The notes beneath the pieces are model-generated. The model was not told where the DNA came from. It made no database searches and saw nothing but the letters and a program-made list of their open reading frames with translations. A stretch of 64,000 nt of DNA, from the NCBI GenBank assembly GCA_024694125.1, contig JAILKE010000063.1, forward strand, positions 6,564-70,563, in the 5' to 3' direction. This DNA comes from Bacteroidales bacterium (GTDB taxonomy: Bacteria; Bacteroidota; Bacteroidia; Bacteroidales; UBA3663). The stretch's first letter is position 1. The number at the start of each line of letters is the position of its first letter. Below are positions 44,664 through 53,206 of this stretch, one piece after another. A program made the translations under genes and the position numbers.

Positions 44664-46535
44664 ATGTCTAAATTTATTCCCCTACGAGTGACATTGTCAC
44701 TTCTCGCTTTGTGCCCTTTTGTGACGGCTCATGGCGAAAACGTAATCGCTGGATTAAGTCAGTCTTACACACCTAAAACATCCACAGTCGTTGACGCTGT
44801 CAATCTCTCCAATTTGACTACCGATTCCGTAGTTCAAGATGGTCAAATTCTCTATGACACGCTGGCAACCAATGTCAAGATTTCAGTGGCAGCTGGTGCC
44901 CGAATTACCTTGCACAATGCTGTCATCGATCTGGGATGCGATGCAAGTTGCAAGTATTCCGCATTGACCTGCCTCGGTGATGCAGAGATTGTCCTGGAGG
45001 GAAACAATGTGTTGCACAATCTGCAAGACGATTATTGTGGCCTCGCTGCTGCCAAGTCTGCTACGCTCACTTTGAGTGGAGATGGTTCTCTCGATGCTCG
45101 TGGCGGCTCTGGTGGTGCCGGCATAGGTTGTTGCGAAAAAGATACCTGCGGTAATATCGTCATCAACGGCGGTAACATCGTTGCTGTCGCCCGCGGTTCC
45201 TGGGGCGCCGGCATAGGCGCTGGCTATAATGGCGTGTGCGGCGATATCACCATCAATGCAGGTACAGTCGAGGCTACTGGTGGAAACCAGACTGCTGGTA
45301 TAGGAAGCCATACGTCTAAAAAAGTCGGACAAATCACTATCTCTGAATCGGTTACCCGTGTTAGGGCCATTGCTGGCGCTCCGTCGGATCCGAGCCAGAT
45401 TGTTTCCTCGGGTGCTACTAATGTCTATGAGCAGATCCCTGCCATATATACAGGAAAGGAGAGTTCCAGTGGTATGATCATTTTCAGTGGAAGTTCCTCC
45501 TCATCTGCGCCTCAACCCATTACGATTGGCTCATTGCGCATTGTACACCATGTGAACAATATCTTTATGGCAGTGGACAGCAACGTTTACTTCTGTGCCA
45601 ATGGCGGAGAGACCAAGGTCGATGACCGCGAGTATGAGTTCGTCGGAGGAGAGAGCACCGACGTGATGTCCGCCGCTACGGCTTTCGTGCGCCGTGATTC
45701 GTGGACCTTCACCGGTTGGAATACTGCTGCCGATGGCACGGGTACAGTCTGCAATGACATGGATGCGCTCAATAGTCTGACCGATAACTTGACCAAGCCT
45801 GTGACGCTCTATGCACAGTGGACGGCAGACTATATGTCGTTGTCCGATGTTCAGAGCAACATGACCTCCGTATGGCAGTCATTGCGCAATGACAGCACCT
45901 ACAATGTGGAGTTGTCGGGTCGTACTATCGATACGGAGTGGAACACCCTGGCATTGCCATTCGATGTTGACAGTGTTCAGTTGTGTAAGGTCTTCGGCGA
46001 GAATGTCAAGTTGTACCGCTTGGGTTCATCGACGTTCCAGGATGGAGAGTTGACCCTGAACTTCGTGAAGCGTACCTCCCTCTATGCAGGTCAGCCTTAC
46101 CTCATTCAGGCTGAGACAACAGTGACCGATCCCCGTTTCGAGGACGTCCAGTTCGGTTTCTTCAAGACCTATTCATATGGCAATCAATATATCCAATTCC
46201 AGCCTACGCTCGATGTCACCACACTGGAGGGTGACGACATCTATTCCTACCTGATACTGGGTGCAGGCAACAATCTATACAATCCGTCGTCCCTGCCAGC
46301 CTTGATGAAGGCCTTCCGTGCCTACTTCGTCGTGCAGAACTTGCCCGATGCGCAGCAGGCAGCTTCGTTCCGCCTCTCGTTCGAAAGCGACGAGCCTGTT
46401 TCGGACCTGATTCGCATTGACAACAGCGGTGCCTCGACCCAGATGATCTATACGCTCGATGGCCGTCGTCTCAACTCGATCCCTGTTCGCAAGGGATTGT
46501 ACATCATCAATGGCAAGAAAGTTCTTTGTAAATAA
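44664..46535 (+). CDS. Adhesin-like secreted protein: (G)AGIG-repeat beta-helix region + Listeria-Bacteroides repeat + T9SS-type tail
   Basis: 623 aa with signal peptide. Repeated GGAGIG / WGAGIGAG / QTAGIG motifs. FTGWNTAADGTGT...VTLYAQW is Flg_new-type. Tail MIYTLDGRRLNSIPVRKGLYIINGKKVLCK. Confidence 0.7.
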   Translation: MSKFIPLRVTLSLLALCPFVTAHGENVIAGLSQSYTPKTSTVVDAVNLSNLTTDSVVQDGQILYDTLATNVKISVAAGARITLHNAVIDLGCDASCKYSALTCLGDAEIVLEGNNVLHNLQDDYCGLAAAKSATLTLSGDGSLDARGGSGGAGIGCCEKDTCGNIVINGGNIVAVARGSWGAGIGAGYNGVCGDITINAGTVEATGGNQTAGIGSHTSKKVGQITISESVTRVRAIAGAPSDPSQIVSSGATNVYEQIPAIYTGKESSSGMIIFSGSSSSSAPQPITIGSLRIVHHVNNIFMAVDSNVYFCANGGETKVDDREYEFVGGESTDVMSAATAFVRRDSWTFTGWNTAADGTGTVCNDMDALNSLTDNLTKPVTLYAQWTADYMSLSDVQSNMTSVWQSLRNDSTYNVELSGRTIDTEWNTLALPFDVDSVQLCKVFGENVKLYRLGSSTFQDGELTLNFVKRTSLYAGQPYLIQAETTVTDPRFEDVQFGFFKTYSYGNQYIQFQPTLDVTTLEGDDIYSYLILGAGNNLYNPSSLPALMKAFRAYFVVQNLPDAQQAASFRLSFESDEPVSDLIRIDNSGASTQMIYTLDGRRLNSIPVRKGLYIINGKKVLCK

Positions 46536-46558
46536 CCTTGAAAAAAATAAAACTGAAA

Positions 46559-46744
46559 ATGAAAACTCCATATCAAACTCCACATATAATAGTAGTCGAA
46601 ATCGAATCCGAGGGCATCATTGCCAACAGTCCGCAGTACACCACGTTGAACACCACCAATTCTTCTGGTACGGACGTGAGTCTCGAATATAAAGGTATCT
46701 ATAACAATGGTATCGGCGATGGCGGCTTCCTGAACGGCAAGTAA
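46559..46744 (+). CDS. Small hypothetical protein (61 aa), tightly linked to the adhesin-like gene
   Basis: ATG lies 23 nt after the upstream stop and is preceded by an A-rich tract (GAAAAAAATAAAACTGAAA). Sequence MKTPYQTPHIIVVEIESEGIIANS...NGIGDGGFLNGK. No signal peptide and no recognised family. Confidence 0.4.
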   Translation: MKTPYQTPHIIVVEIESEGIIANSPQYTTLNTTNSSGTDVSLEYKGIYNNGIGDGGFLNGK

Positions 46745-46839
46745 GTAGCTGCGCCACTCATCCACAGGCTCCCTGGCCCGCTCCGATATGGAGTGACCGG
46801 GGAGCCGTCTCTTTGTCTCGACCCCATTTTCCCGCTACG

Positions 46840-46945
46840 TTATCGTATCGGTGAGGGTAGCGCCAGCGATGGGTCAGCAACGCTTCAGCGTAAGTGCAGC
46901 GTAAGTGAAAACACTTACTCTTGTCTTACGCTCCACTTACGCTGG
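46840..46945 (+). repeat. Dispersed GCGTAAGTG element, copy B (after the 61-aa ORF)
   Basis: TTATCGTATCG ... AGCGCCAG ... TCAGCGTAAGTGCAGCGTAAGTG-aaaa-CACTTACTCTTGTCTTACGCTCCACTTACGCTGG. The outer 11-bp arms pair perfectly. Confidence 0.75.
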
Positions 46946-46949
46946 GCGT

Positions 46950-46985
46950 CCTTTGAAGAAGGCATAATAGTGCCTTCTTCGAAGG
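46950..46985 (+). terminator. Strong hairpin downstream of the adhesin / small-ORF unit
   Basis: CCTTTGAAGAAGGCA-taatag-TGCCTTCTTCGAAGG forms a 15-bp stem with one G-T pair. No clear T-tract follows. Confidence 0.5.
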
Positions 46986-46995
46986 ACTAAAGCAT

Positions 46996-47025
46996 AATGT
47001 TTAAGGGTTATGGTTTAATGGAGAA
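46996..47025. repeat. Right arm of the inverted repeat bounding the adhesin / small-ORF cassette
   Basis: AATGTTTAAGGGTTATGGTTTAATGGAGAA is the reverse complement of TTCTCCATTAAACCATAACCCTTAAACATT. Confidence 0.7.
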
Positions 47026-47256
47026 TTGATTTATGTTTGAGTGTTAATGTTTGCTTTGTTCAATTCTGCCCGCTGTGAAACGAACCCTATGTCTGATTTC
47101 GATGTCCTATATTGGCCAATATAATCCGATGCCAATGATTGAATTCTGCCTATGTGCCGATGCTGTCGGGGGACAAATTCTTTGCTTTTTAGGGGTAATA
47201 ATGTTTCATTGAACAAAATTGCACATATTTTATTATTAGAGACAAATAATATTGAT

Positions 47257-47264
47257 TATCTTTG
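47257..47264 (+). promoter_or_regulatory. -7 box (TATCTTTG) for the PL1 lyase gene
   Basis: Matches TAnnTTTG, ~138 nt before the ATG at 47403. Confidence 0.55.
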
Positions 47265-47340
47265 CACGCGGTTTTGAATACGCCATGAGATTATAATGAA
47301 ACTGCGACAATGAAAACACTATATCGCAACCTTATGACCC

Positions 47341-47394
47341 AACAACCTCAAGACCGAACAACCTCAAGACCATATAACCGAATAACCTCACAAC
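47341..47394 (+). repeat. 16-nt tandem repeat in the PL1 5' leader
   Basis: AACAACCTCAAGACCG AACAACCTCAAGACCA, then a degenerate TATAACCGAATAACCTCACAAC. G-poor. Confidence 0.85.
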
Positions 47395-47402
47395 TATCTG
47401 AT

Positions 47403-49493
47403 ATGAAATTCAATAAATCAATTTGTGCCGTATTGGCCCTGATGACAGCCAGCACCATCGCCCGTGCCGATGTAGATGCCGCAGATTACTTCGACGGAAA
47501 CTGCTGGGGATGGGCCACCTGCGCCGATGCGACAGGTACAGCCTATACCATCAACGGCGGAATGAGCGCTGAGCAGCCTCGTACCGTGATCTTGACCACC
47601 AATGGCGGCGACAATGCCTCGGCCATACAGACCGCCATCTCCCAATATGACATCATCGTGCTGGACGGTTCGGCAGGTGAGTTCACCATCAGTGCACAGA
47701 TGGTCATCTCCAACGTGAGCGGCAAGACCATAGTGGGCCGCAACGGCGCCGTGTTGGCTACCGAGTTCTACCTGACAGCCGACGACATTGCCTACCTCAA
47801 GCAGCAGGGACTGGAGAGTCTGAGCAGTACCGACCAATATACAGGAACCCTGCCCGACGGAACGACCGTGACCTGCGACAAGCGCGCATTCTTCACCAAG
47901 AAGGCGATGATGGAGTTGCAGTACCAGAAGACCGGCGTCTATTCCCTGCCCAACAAGGCTGGTATCTTCCAGTTCAACGAGAGTTGCGAGAACATCATCG
48001 TGCGCAACCTGACCCTGCAGGGACCCGGTGCCGTCGATATAGATGGCGTGGACCTCATCTATGATGCCTATGCCAACCACCTGTGGGTGGATCACTGCAC
48101 CTTCATCGACTCGCAGGACGGTGCGCTCGATACCCGCGGCAGCTTCAACACCTACACCTGGAACCATTTCTACTACACCGACCGCACCTACTCACATGCC
48201 TATACCTGCGGCATGGGTTGGGTGAGCAATCACAGCACCACACTATATGCCACCTGGGGATACAACATCTGGGGTGCAGGCTGCAACCGCCGTTTGCCAC
48301 AGGCCGATGACTGCTATCTGCATCTGATCAACAACTACCACAACTGTCCGGGCAACTCGGTCGGCATGACGCTCAATTCGTATGCCACCGCCCTGGTCGA
48401 GGGCAACTATGCAGCCAGCGGCGTGAACAGTCCGCTGACCGGCAGCGGCGAGTACCGCTACATCTATGCGCGCAACAACAGCTTCAGCTACACCTCGACC
48501 TCGACCAGCGTCACCATGCCCTACGAGTATGCCACGCCCATCAGCTACGTGCTGGTGCCACAGGTGCTCACGGCGGCGCATGGTGCAGGTGCTACGCTCG
48601 ATGACTGCTTCATGCCCCTCGGGTACAATAAGCTGAGCGACGAGACCTTCGGATTTGACGAAACAGAGTGCAGTGCCCTGGTCGGCTCCGTCGTGCAGCT
48701 GCCCATGCGCAACCTGGTGGGCGCCACCTATACCCTCTCCACCACCGATGCCAAGGTAGTGGCACTGACCAGCAGCGGAACGGCAGTAGCAGTGGGCGAG
48801 GGTACAGCCCAGGTCATTGCTACGGTCAATGACGCCCTCTACGGCGAGTACACCGCCACGGTGACCGTCAATGTGAAGAAGGCTGGTGCCTACGTGTCGT
48901 ACAAGAAGTGGAACTTCACCTCCTTCAGCTCCGCCACATTGAGCAACCTGGCAGCCGATGCCTCATGGACAGCCGATGGTTCGAACTATACCTATGGCTC
49001 GACACTCTCGACAGCCACCCTCACAGCCAACGGCACAGCCATAGCCGAGGCCGATGGCCTGCTCTTCTCCTCACCATCGGGCAAGTTCGTCATCTATGGC
49101 AGCGGTCGCATACGCATGAACAAGGCCGGATCGGCCATCGTCATTCCCTCGTTGCTGAAGGATGACAAGGTCTATGTCACCTGGAAGTCCGCCAATTCCT
49201 CCGACCAGCGTGGCTTCACTACCCAGAACCTCTCCAACGCGTCAATGCTGACCGGAGGCGACGTCACCACGGCATCGGGACTGGTGCTGGCCGATGGCGA
49301 TGTGACACTCACCGTGACCAACGGCATCTATGTGTCGAGCATCGAGGTGCAACGTCAGGAATCGACCGGCATCGACCAGTTGCACAGTGCCGCAGGCAGT
49401 GCGGAGGGAGTATGTGACCTGCTCGGACGCCGTGTGGTCAGTGACAACATCGGTCTGCTGGTCCAAGGATATAGAGTAGTCCTGGTTCGATAG
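47403..49493 (+). CDS. PL1 pectate lyase with Big_2-like domain and T9SS-type tail
   Basis: ATG at 47403 gives signal MKFNKSICAVLALMTASTIARA. PL1 core HLWVDHCTFIDSQDGALDTRGSFNTYTWNHFYY ... NRRLPQ. Big_2-like YTLSTTDAKVVALTSSGTAVAVGEGTAQVIATV. Tail VCDLLGRRVVSDNIGLLVQGYRVVLVR. Confidence 0.75.
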   Translation: MKFNKSICAVLALMTASTIARADVDAADYFDGNCWGWATCADATGTAYTINGGMSAEQPRTVILTTNGGDNASAIQTAISQYDIIVLDGSAGEFTISAQMVISNVSGKTIVGRNGAVLATEFYLTADDIAYLKQQGLESLSSTDQYTGTLPDGTTVTCDKRAFFTKKAMMELQYQKTGVYSLPNKAGIFQFNESCENIIVRNLTLQGPGAVDIDGVDLIYDAYANHLWVDHCTFIDSQDGALDTRGSFNTYTWNHFYYTDRTYSHAYTCGMGWVSNHSTTLYATWGYNIWGAGCNRRLPQADDCYLHLINNYHNCPGNSVGMTLNSYATALVEGNYAASGVNSPLTGSGEYRYIYARNNSFSYTSTSTSVTMPYEYATPISYVLVPQVLTAAHGAGATLDDCFMPLGYNKLSDETFGFDETECSALVGSVVQLPMRNLVGATYTLSTTDAKVVALTSSGTAVAVGEGTAQVIATVNDALYGEYTATVTVNVKKAGAYVSYKKWNFTSFSSATLSNLAADASWTADGSNYTYGSTLSTATLTANGTAIAEADGLLFSSPSGKFVIYGSGRIRMNKAGSAIVIPSLLKDDKVYVTWKSANSSDQRGFTTQNLSNASMLTGGDVTTASGLVLADGDVTLTVTNGIYVSSIEVQRQESTGIDQLHSAAGSAEGVCDLLGRRVVSDNIGLLVQGYRVVLVR

Positions 49494-49510
49494 GCCGAAC
49501 GGAACATAAT

Positions 49511-49579
49511 CGCTGCAAATAGGGTGCATAAAACCCTGTTTGTAGCGGTATATTGCAAAAAATTGGGCTTTTTTTGCAA
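49511..49579 (+). terminator. Tandem hairpins after the PL1 gene
   Basis: First hairpin: CGCTGCAAATAGGGT-gcataaa-ACCCTGTTTGTAGCG. Second hairpin: TTGCAAAAAA-ttgggc-TTTTTTTGCAA. Confidence 0.6.
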
Positions 49580-49618
49580 AAAACAATGTTAATTTTCACT
49601 TATTTTAAAAAATAATTG

Positions 49619-49626
49619 TAAATTTG
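49619..49626 (+). promoter_or_regulatory. -7 box (TAAATTTG) for the pectin-type susC/susD operon
   Basis: Matches TAnnTTTG, ~245 nt before the susC ATG at 49871. Confidence 0.5.
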
Positions 49627-49870
49627 CATCGTTTTGGGGGAATTGTCAATTCATGATACACCCAACAAATGAGACTTTGAAAACCAGAGAAACCATTATC
49701 ATGAAATGAAGTAGTTACGGAGACGGTCAGCAACAGCCATTGAACAACCACTCTCGTTATACCATGTGTTGCCCGTACCGATGTCCATTGACTCCTCACC
49801 AACTCCCGCCGACAACTAATACGGACAAGATTCTAATACTAAACTTAAATCCATAAATCAACCTATCTCT

Positions 49871-52800
49871 ATGAAAGTGTTATTCACATTTCGCCGGAGT
49901 TTCATGCTGATGCTCGCGTGCCTCGCCTTCTGGACGACGGCATGGGCGCAGAATGTCGTAACCGGCAACGTGGTCGATAACTTCGGTGACCCGATTCCGG
50001 GTGCCTCGGTAGTAGAAAAAGGTACTACTAACGGTATCATGACCGACATCGACGGTAACTTCTCTCTCAAAATGATCGATACCAAGCACAAGCTGGCAGT
50101 ATCGTATGTGGGTATGACAACCAAGGAGCTCACTCCAACTCCAGGCAAGGAGATGAAGGTGATGCTCGAGGAGAACAACGCCGTGCTCGAGGACGTAGTG
50201 GTGCTGGGTTACACCAGCCGCGCACGCAAGGACCTGACCGGTTCGGTCGGCTCCATCAACGGTACGAAACTCGAGGCAGTGCCTGCTACGTCAGCGGCAG
50301 TAGCCCTGCAGGGTAAGATCTCGGGTGTACAGGTCACCACAGTCGATGGTCAGCCTGGTGCCGAGGTCAATATCCGTGTGCGTGGTGGTTCATCCATCTC
50401 GCAGTCCAACAAACCTCTGTACATCGTCGATGGCTTCATACAGTCGGACATCAACGATATCCCACCATCGGACATCCTCTCGATCGACGTGCTCAAGGAT
50501 GCTTCGCTCACCGCTATCTACGGTGCACGAGGCAGTAACGGTGTCGTCGTCGTTTCGACCAAGGCTGCCCAGGTAGGCAAGACCCAGTTGACCATCAACG
50601 CCAGCATGTCCCTCAGCCACCTGTCGAAGAAACTCGACCTGATGGACACCGAGCAGTTTGTCAAGTATCAGTATCAGTGGCATGCCTGCAACGGTACCCG
50701 TTCGGACAATGCCAAGTTCTTCAAGGCAAACTTCGGCAACCCATACGACATCGATATGTACACCACACTGCCTACGCACGACTGGCAGGATGAGGTGCTG
50801 GGCGATACTCCACTCAGCTACTCGACCAACGCCACCATGACGGGCGGTAGTGAGAAGGCTCGCTTCTATGCATCCATCACCCAGAGTGAGGACTGCGGTA
50901 TCATCATGGATACAGGTGTGCGCCGTACCAATGTGAACATCAAGACCGACTTCGAGGTATCCAAGAATGTGTCCATCAAGATCAACCCTAAGTTCCAGTA
51001 CCGTCGTGACGTCGGTGCCGGTGCAGCCCATGTGGGTACGGGTGGCCTGATCGACGTGCTCCGCTACCGTCCTACCAACGGTCTGCGCGAGTATGGTTAC
51101 ATTGACCCAGCTTACGCCGATCCTGATGAGGAGGAGCTCTTCAACTACACCAACCCGAAGAGTGACATCAAGATCAATGCGATGAACAAGCACATGTACA
51201 CCTTCACCAACTCTCTGTCGCTCGACTGGCATCCTATCAAGAACCTCTCGTTCCGTTCGGATTTAACCCTGAGCAAGAGATGGCAGACCAAGCGCCGCTT
51301 CTACGGTGCTCTCACCAGCGAGGGTCAGAAGTCAGTGCACAACGGCCAGCCTGTGGCTGAGATCACTGACAATGAGTACTTCAGCTACTCACTCACCAAT
51401 ACTGCCAACTACAGCCTGACGGTGCACGATGACCACAACCTGAGCTTCCTGCTCGGTCAGGAAATCACCGACTCGGAGCAGACCTCACAGACGATGATCA
51501 ACCACCTCTTCCCACGTTCGTTCTCGGCCACTGATGCCTGGACCAACATGGAGTTCGGTTCGTCCTACGAGGCCAAGACCACACGCAGCACAGCGGTGCG
51601 CATGGCATCCTTCTTCGGTCAGGCCAGCTACAACTACAATCACAAGTATCTGCTCGCCCTCACACTGCGTGCCGACGGTTCGACCCGTTTCGGTCCTGAC
51701 AACCGTTGGGGCTACTTCCCGTCAGTGGCAGGTGCATGGGTAATGTCCGAGGAGTCGTTCATGGACAATGTCGATTGGATTGACAACCTCAAGATGCGCC
51801 TCTCTTACGGTGTGACCGGTAACAACGATACAGGCGACGATGCCTGGCGTGCTCTCTATGCTGTCAACTCGACCGGTGGACCTGGCTTTGGCGAGGCTAC
51901 TACCTTCGGCGAGAAGTACTACCAGAACAGCAGCACCAAGACCATGTGGAACGAGGATATCCGTTGGGAGACCGTTTACAAGCGTAACCTCGCATTCGAT
52001 ATCACCATGCTGGGCGGCCGTCTGACCGTCACCCCCGAGTTCTATTGGAACAAGACTGACGACTGTATCTACGACTCGGACCTCGTTGCCCTGGGTTATA
52101 CCAAACAGAAGCAGAACATCGGTCAGCTCTCCACACGCGGTATCGAGCTCACCATCAATGGCGACATCCTGCGTGGTAAGGATTATGTGTTGTCCGGTTC
52201 GTTCACCATGGGCTGGAACAAGCAGAAGATTGACCGCCTGAACGGTACTGACCAGGTCGTATGGGACCAGCATGATGACTGGAAGTCGTCATACAATGAC
52301 TACTGCCTGCGCGTAGGCGACGAGGTCGGTCTGATCTACGGCTTCGTATATGATGGCCTGTATCAGTTCGACGAGTTCTACTTCGACCCGCTCAATAACT
52401 ATGCTGCTATTCCTTGGGGCTCCAGCGCTACAGACAATGGTACATCGAGCAACTGCCGCCCTCGTGACGACGGTTATGTCACGGTCATCAACGAGGTGCT
52501 CAACAAGTCCAATTCGGGCATTGCCACCATGCCTGGCAAACCTAAGTTCAAGGACCTGAACGGTGATGGCCGCATCACCGAGGATGACCGTACCGTGATC
52601 GGTAACACCAATCCACGCTTCCAGGGTGGTTTCGGTTTCAACGGTCAGTACAAGAACTGGGACTTCGCGATGAACTTCTCGTACATGTTCGACTTCGATA
52701 TCAACAATGCTACTGCCTACGACCTGTCGTCGAGCATTGATAACAAGAACAAGTTCTACAATGTCCTCGCCAAGTTTGACAATTGCTGGCAGTACAACGA

Positions 52801-53200
52801 CATCGACGGCTCGCTCTCGGGCACCAAGGGCGATATCCTCTACAAGCTCTACTATGTAGATGACTGCGTGAACATCTATAAGAAGGCCAACGAGGGTCGC
52901 ACCCTGTGGAACCCTACTGACGTCGTGAACCGCGTGACCCAGTCTTACTTCATCGAGGATGGTTCGTTCGTGCGTTGCAACGATATCACCATTGGCTATA
53001 CCATTCCTAAGTCTCTGACCTTCAAGGCTGGTATCACCAAGGCTCGTTTCTATGTATCAGTGTCTAATCCATTCATCTTCACCGGCTACTCGGGCTACGA
53101 TCCTGAGGTTGATATCCAGACGGGTTTGACCTGCGGTATGGACTACAACCGCTATCCACGCAGCCGTGGCTATGTGTTTGGTACTAACATAACCTTCTAA
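49871..53200 (+). CDS. SusC/RagA-family TonB-dependent outer-membrane transporter (pair 3)
   Basis: 1109 aa. Signal ending TTAWAQ. N-domain VTGNVVDNFGDPIPGASV...DIDGNFSL. Plug motif IDVLKDASLTAIYGARGSNGVVVVSTK. C-terminus VFGTNITF. Confidence 0.92.
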   Translation: MKVLFTFRRSFMLMLACLAFWTTAWAQNVVTGNVVDNFGDPIPGASVVEKGTTNGIMTDIDGNFSLKMIDTKHKLAVSYVGMTTKELTPTPGKEMKVMLEENNAVLEDVVVLGYTSRARKDLTGSVGSINGTKLEAVPATSAAVALQGKISGVQVTTVDGQPGAEVNIRVRGGSSISQSNKPLYIVDGFIQSDINDIPPSDILSIDVLKDASLTAIYGARGSNGVVVVSTKAAQVGKTQLTINASMSLSHLSKKLDLMDTEQFVKYQYQWHACNGTRSDNAKFFKANFGNPYDIDMYTTLPTHDWQDEVLGDTPLSYSTNATMTGGSEKARFYASITQSEDCGIIMDTGVRRTNVNIKTDFEVSKNVSIKINPKFQYRRDVGAGAAHVGTGGLIDVLRYRPTNGLREYGYIDPAYADPDEEELFNYTNPKSDIKINAMNKHMYTFTNSLSLDWHPIKNLSFRSDLTLSKRWQTKRRFYGALTSEGQKSVHNGQPVAEITDNEYFSYSLTNTANYSLTVHDDHNLSFLLGQEITDSEQTSQTMINHLFPRSFSATDAWTNMEFGSSYEAKTTRSTAVRMASFFGQASYNYNHKYLLALTLRADGSTRFGPDNRWGYFPSVAGAWVMSEESFMDNVDWIDNLKMRLSYGVTGNNDTGDDAWRALYAVNSTGGPGFGEATTFGEKYYQNSSTKTMWNEDIRWETVYKRNLAFDITMLGGRLTVTPEFYWNKTDDCIYDSDLVALGYTKQKQNIGQLSTRGIELTINGDILRGKDYVLSGSFTMGWNKQKIDRLNGTDQVVWDQHDDWKSSYNDYCLRVGDEVGLIYGFVYDGLYQFDEFYFDPLNNYAAIPWGSSATDNGTSSNCRPRDDGYVTVINEVLNKSNSGIATMPGKPKFKDLNGDGRITEDDRTVIGNTNPRFQGGFGFNGQYKNWDFAMNFSYMFDFDINNATAYDLSSSIDNKNKFYNVLAKFDNCWQYNDIDGSLSGTKGDILYKLYYVDDCVNIYKKANEGRTLWNPTDVVNRVTQSYFIEDGSFVRCNDITIGYTIPKSLTFKAGITKARFYVSVSNPFIFTGYSGYDPEVDIQTGLTCGMDYNRYPRSRGYVFGTNITF

Positions 53201-53206
53201 TCTATT

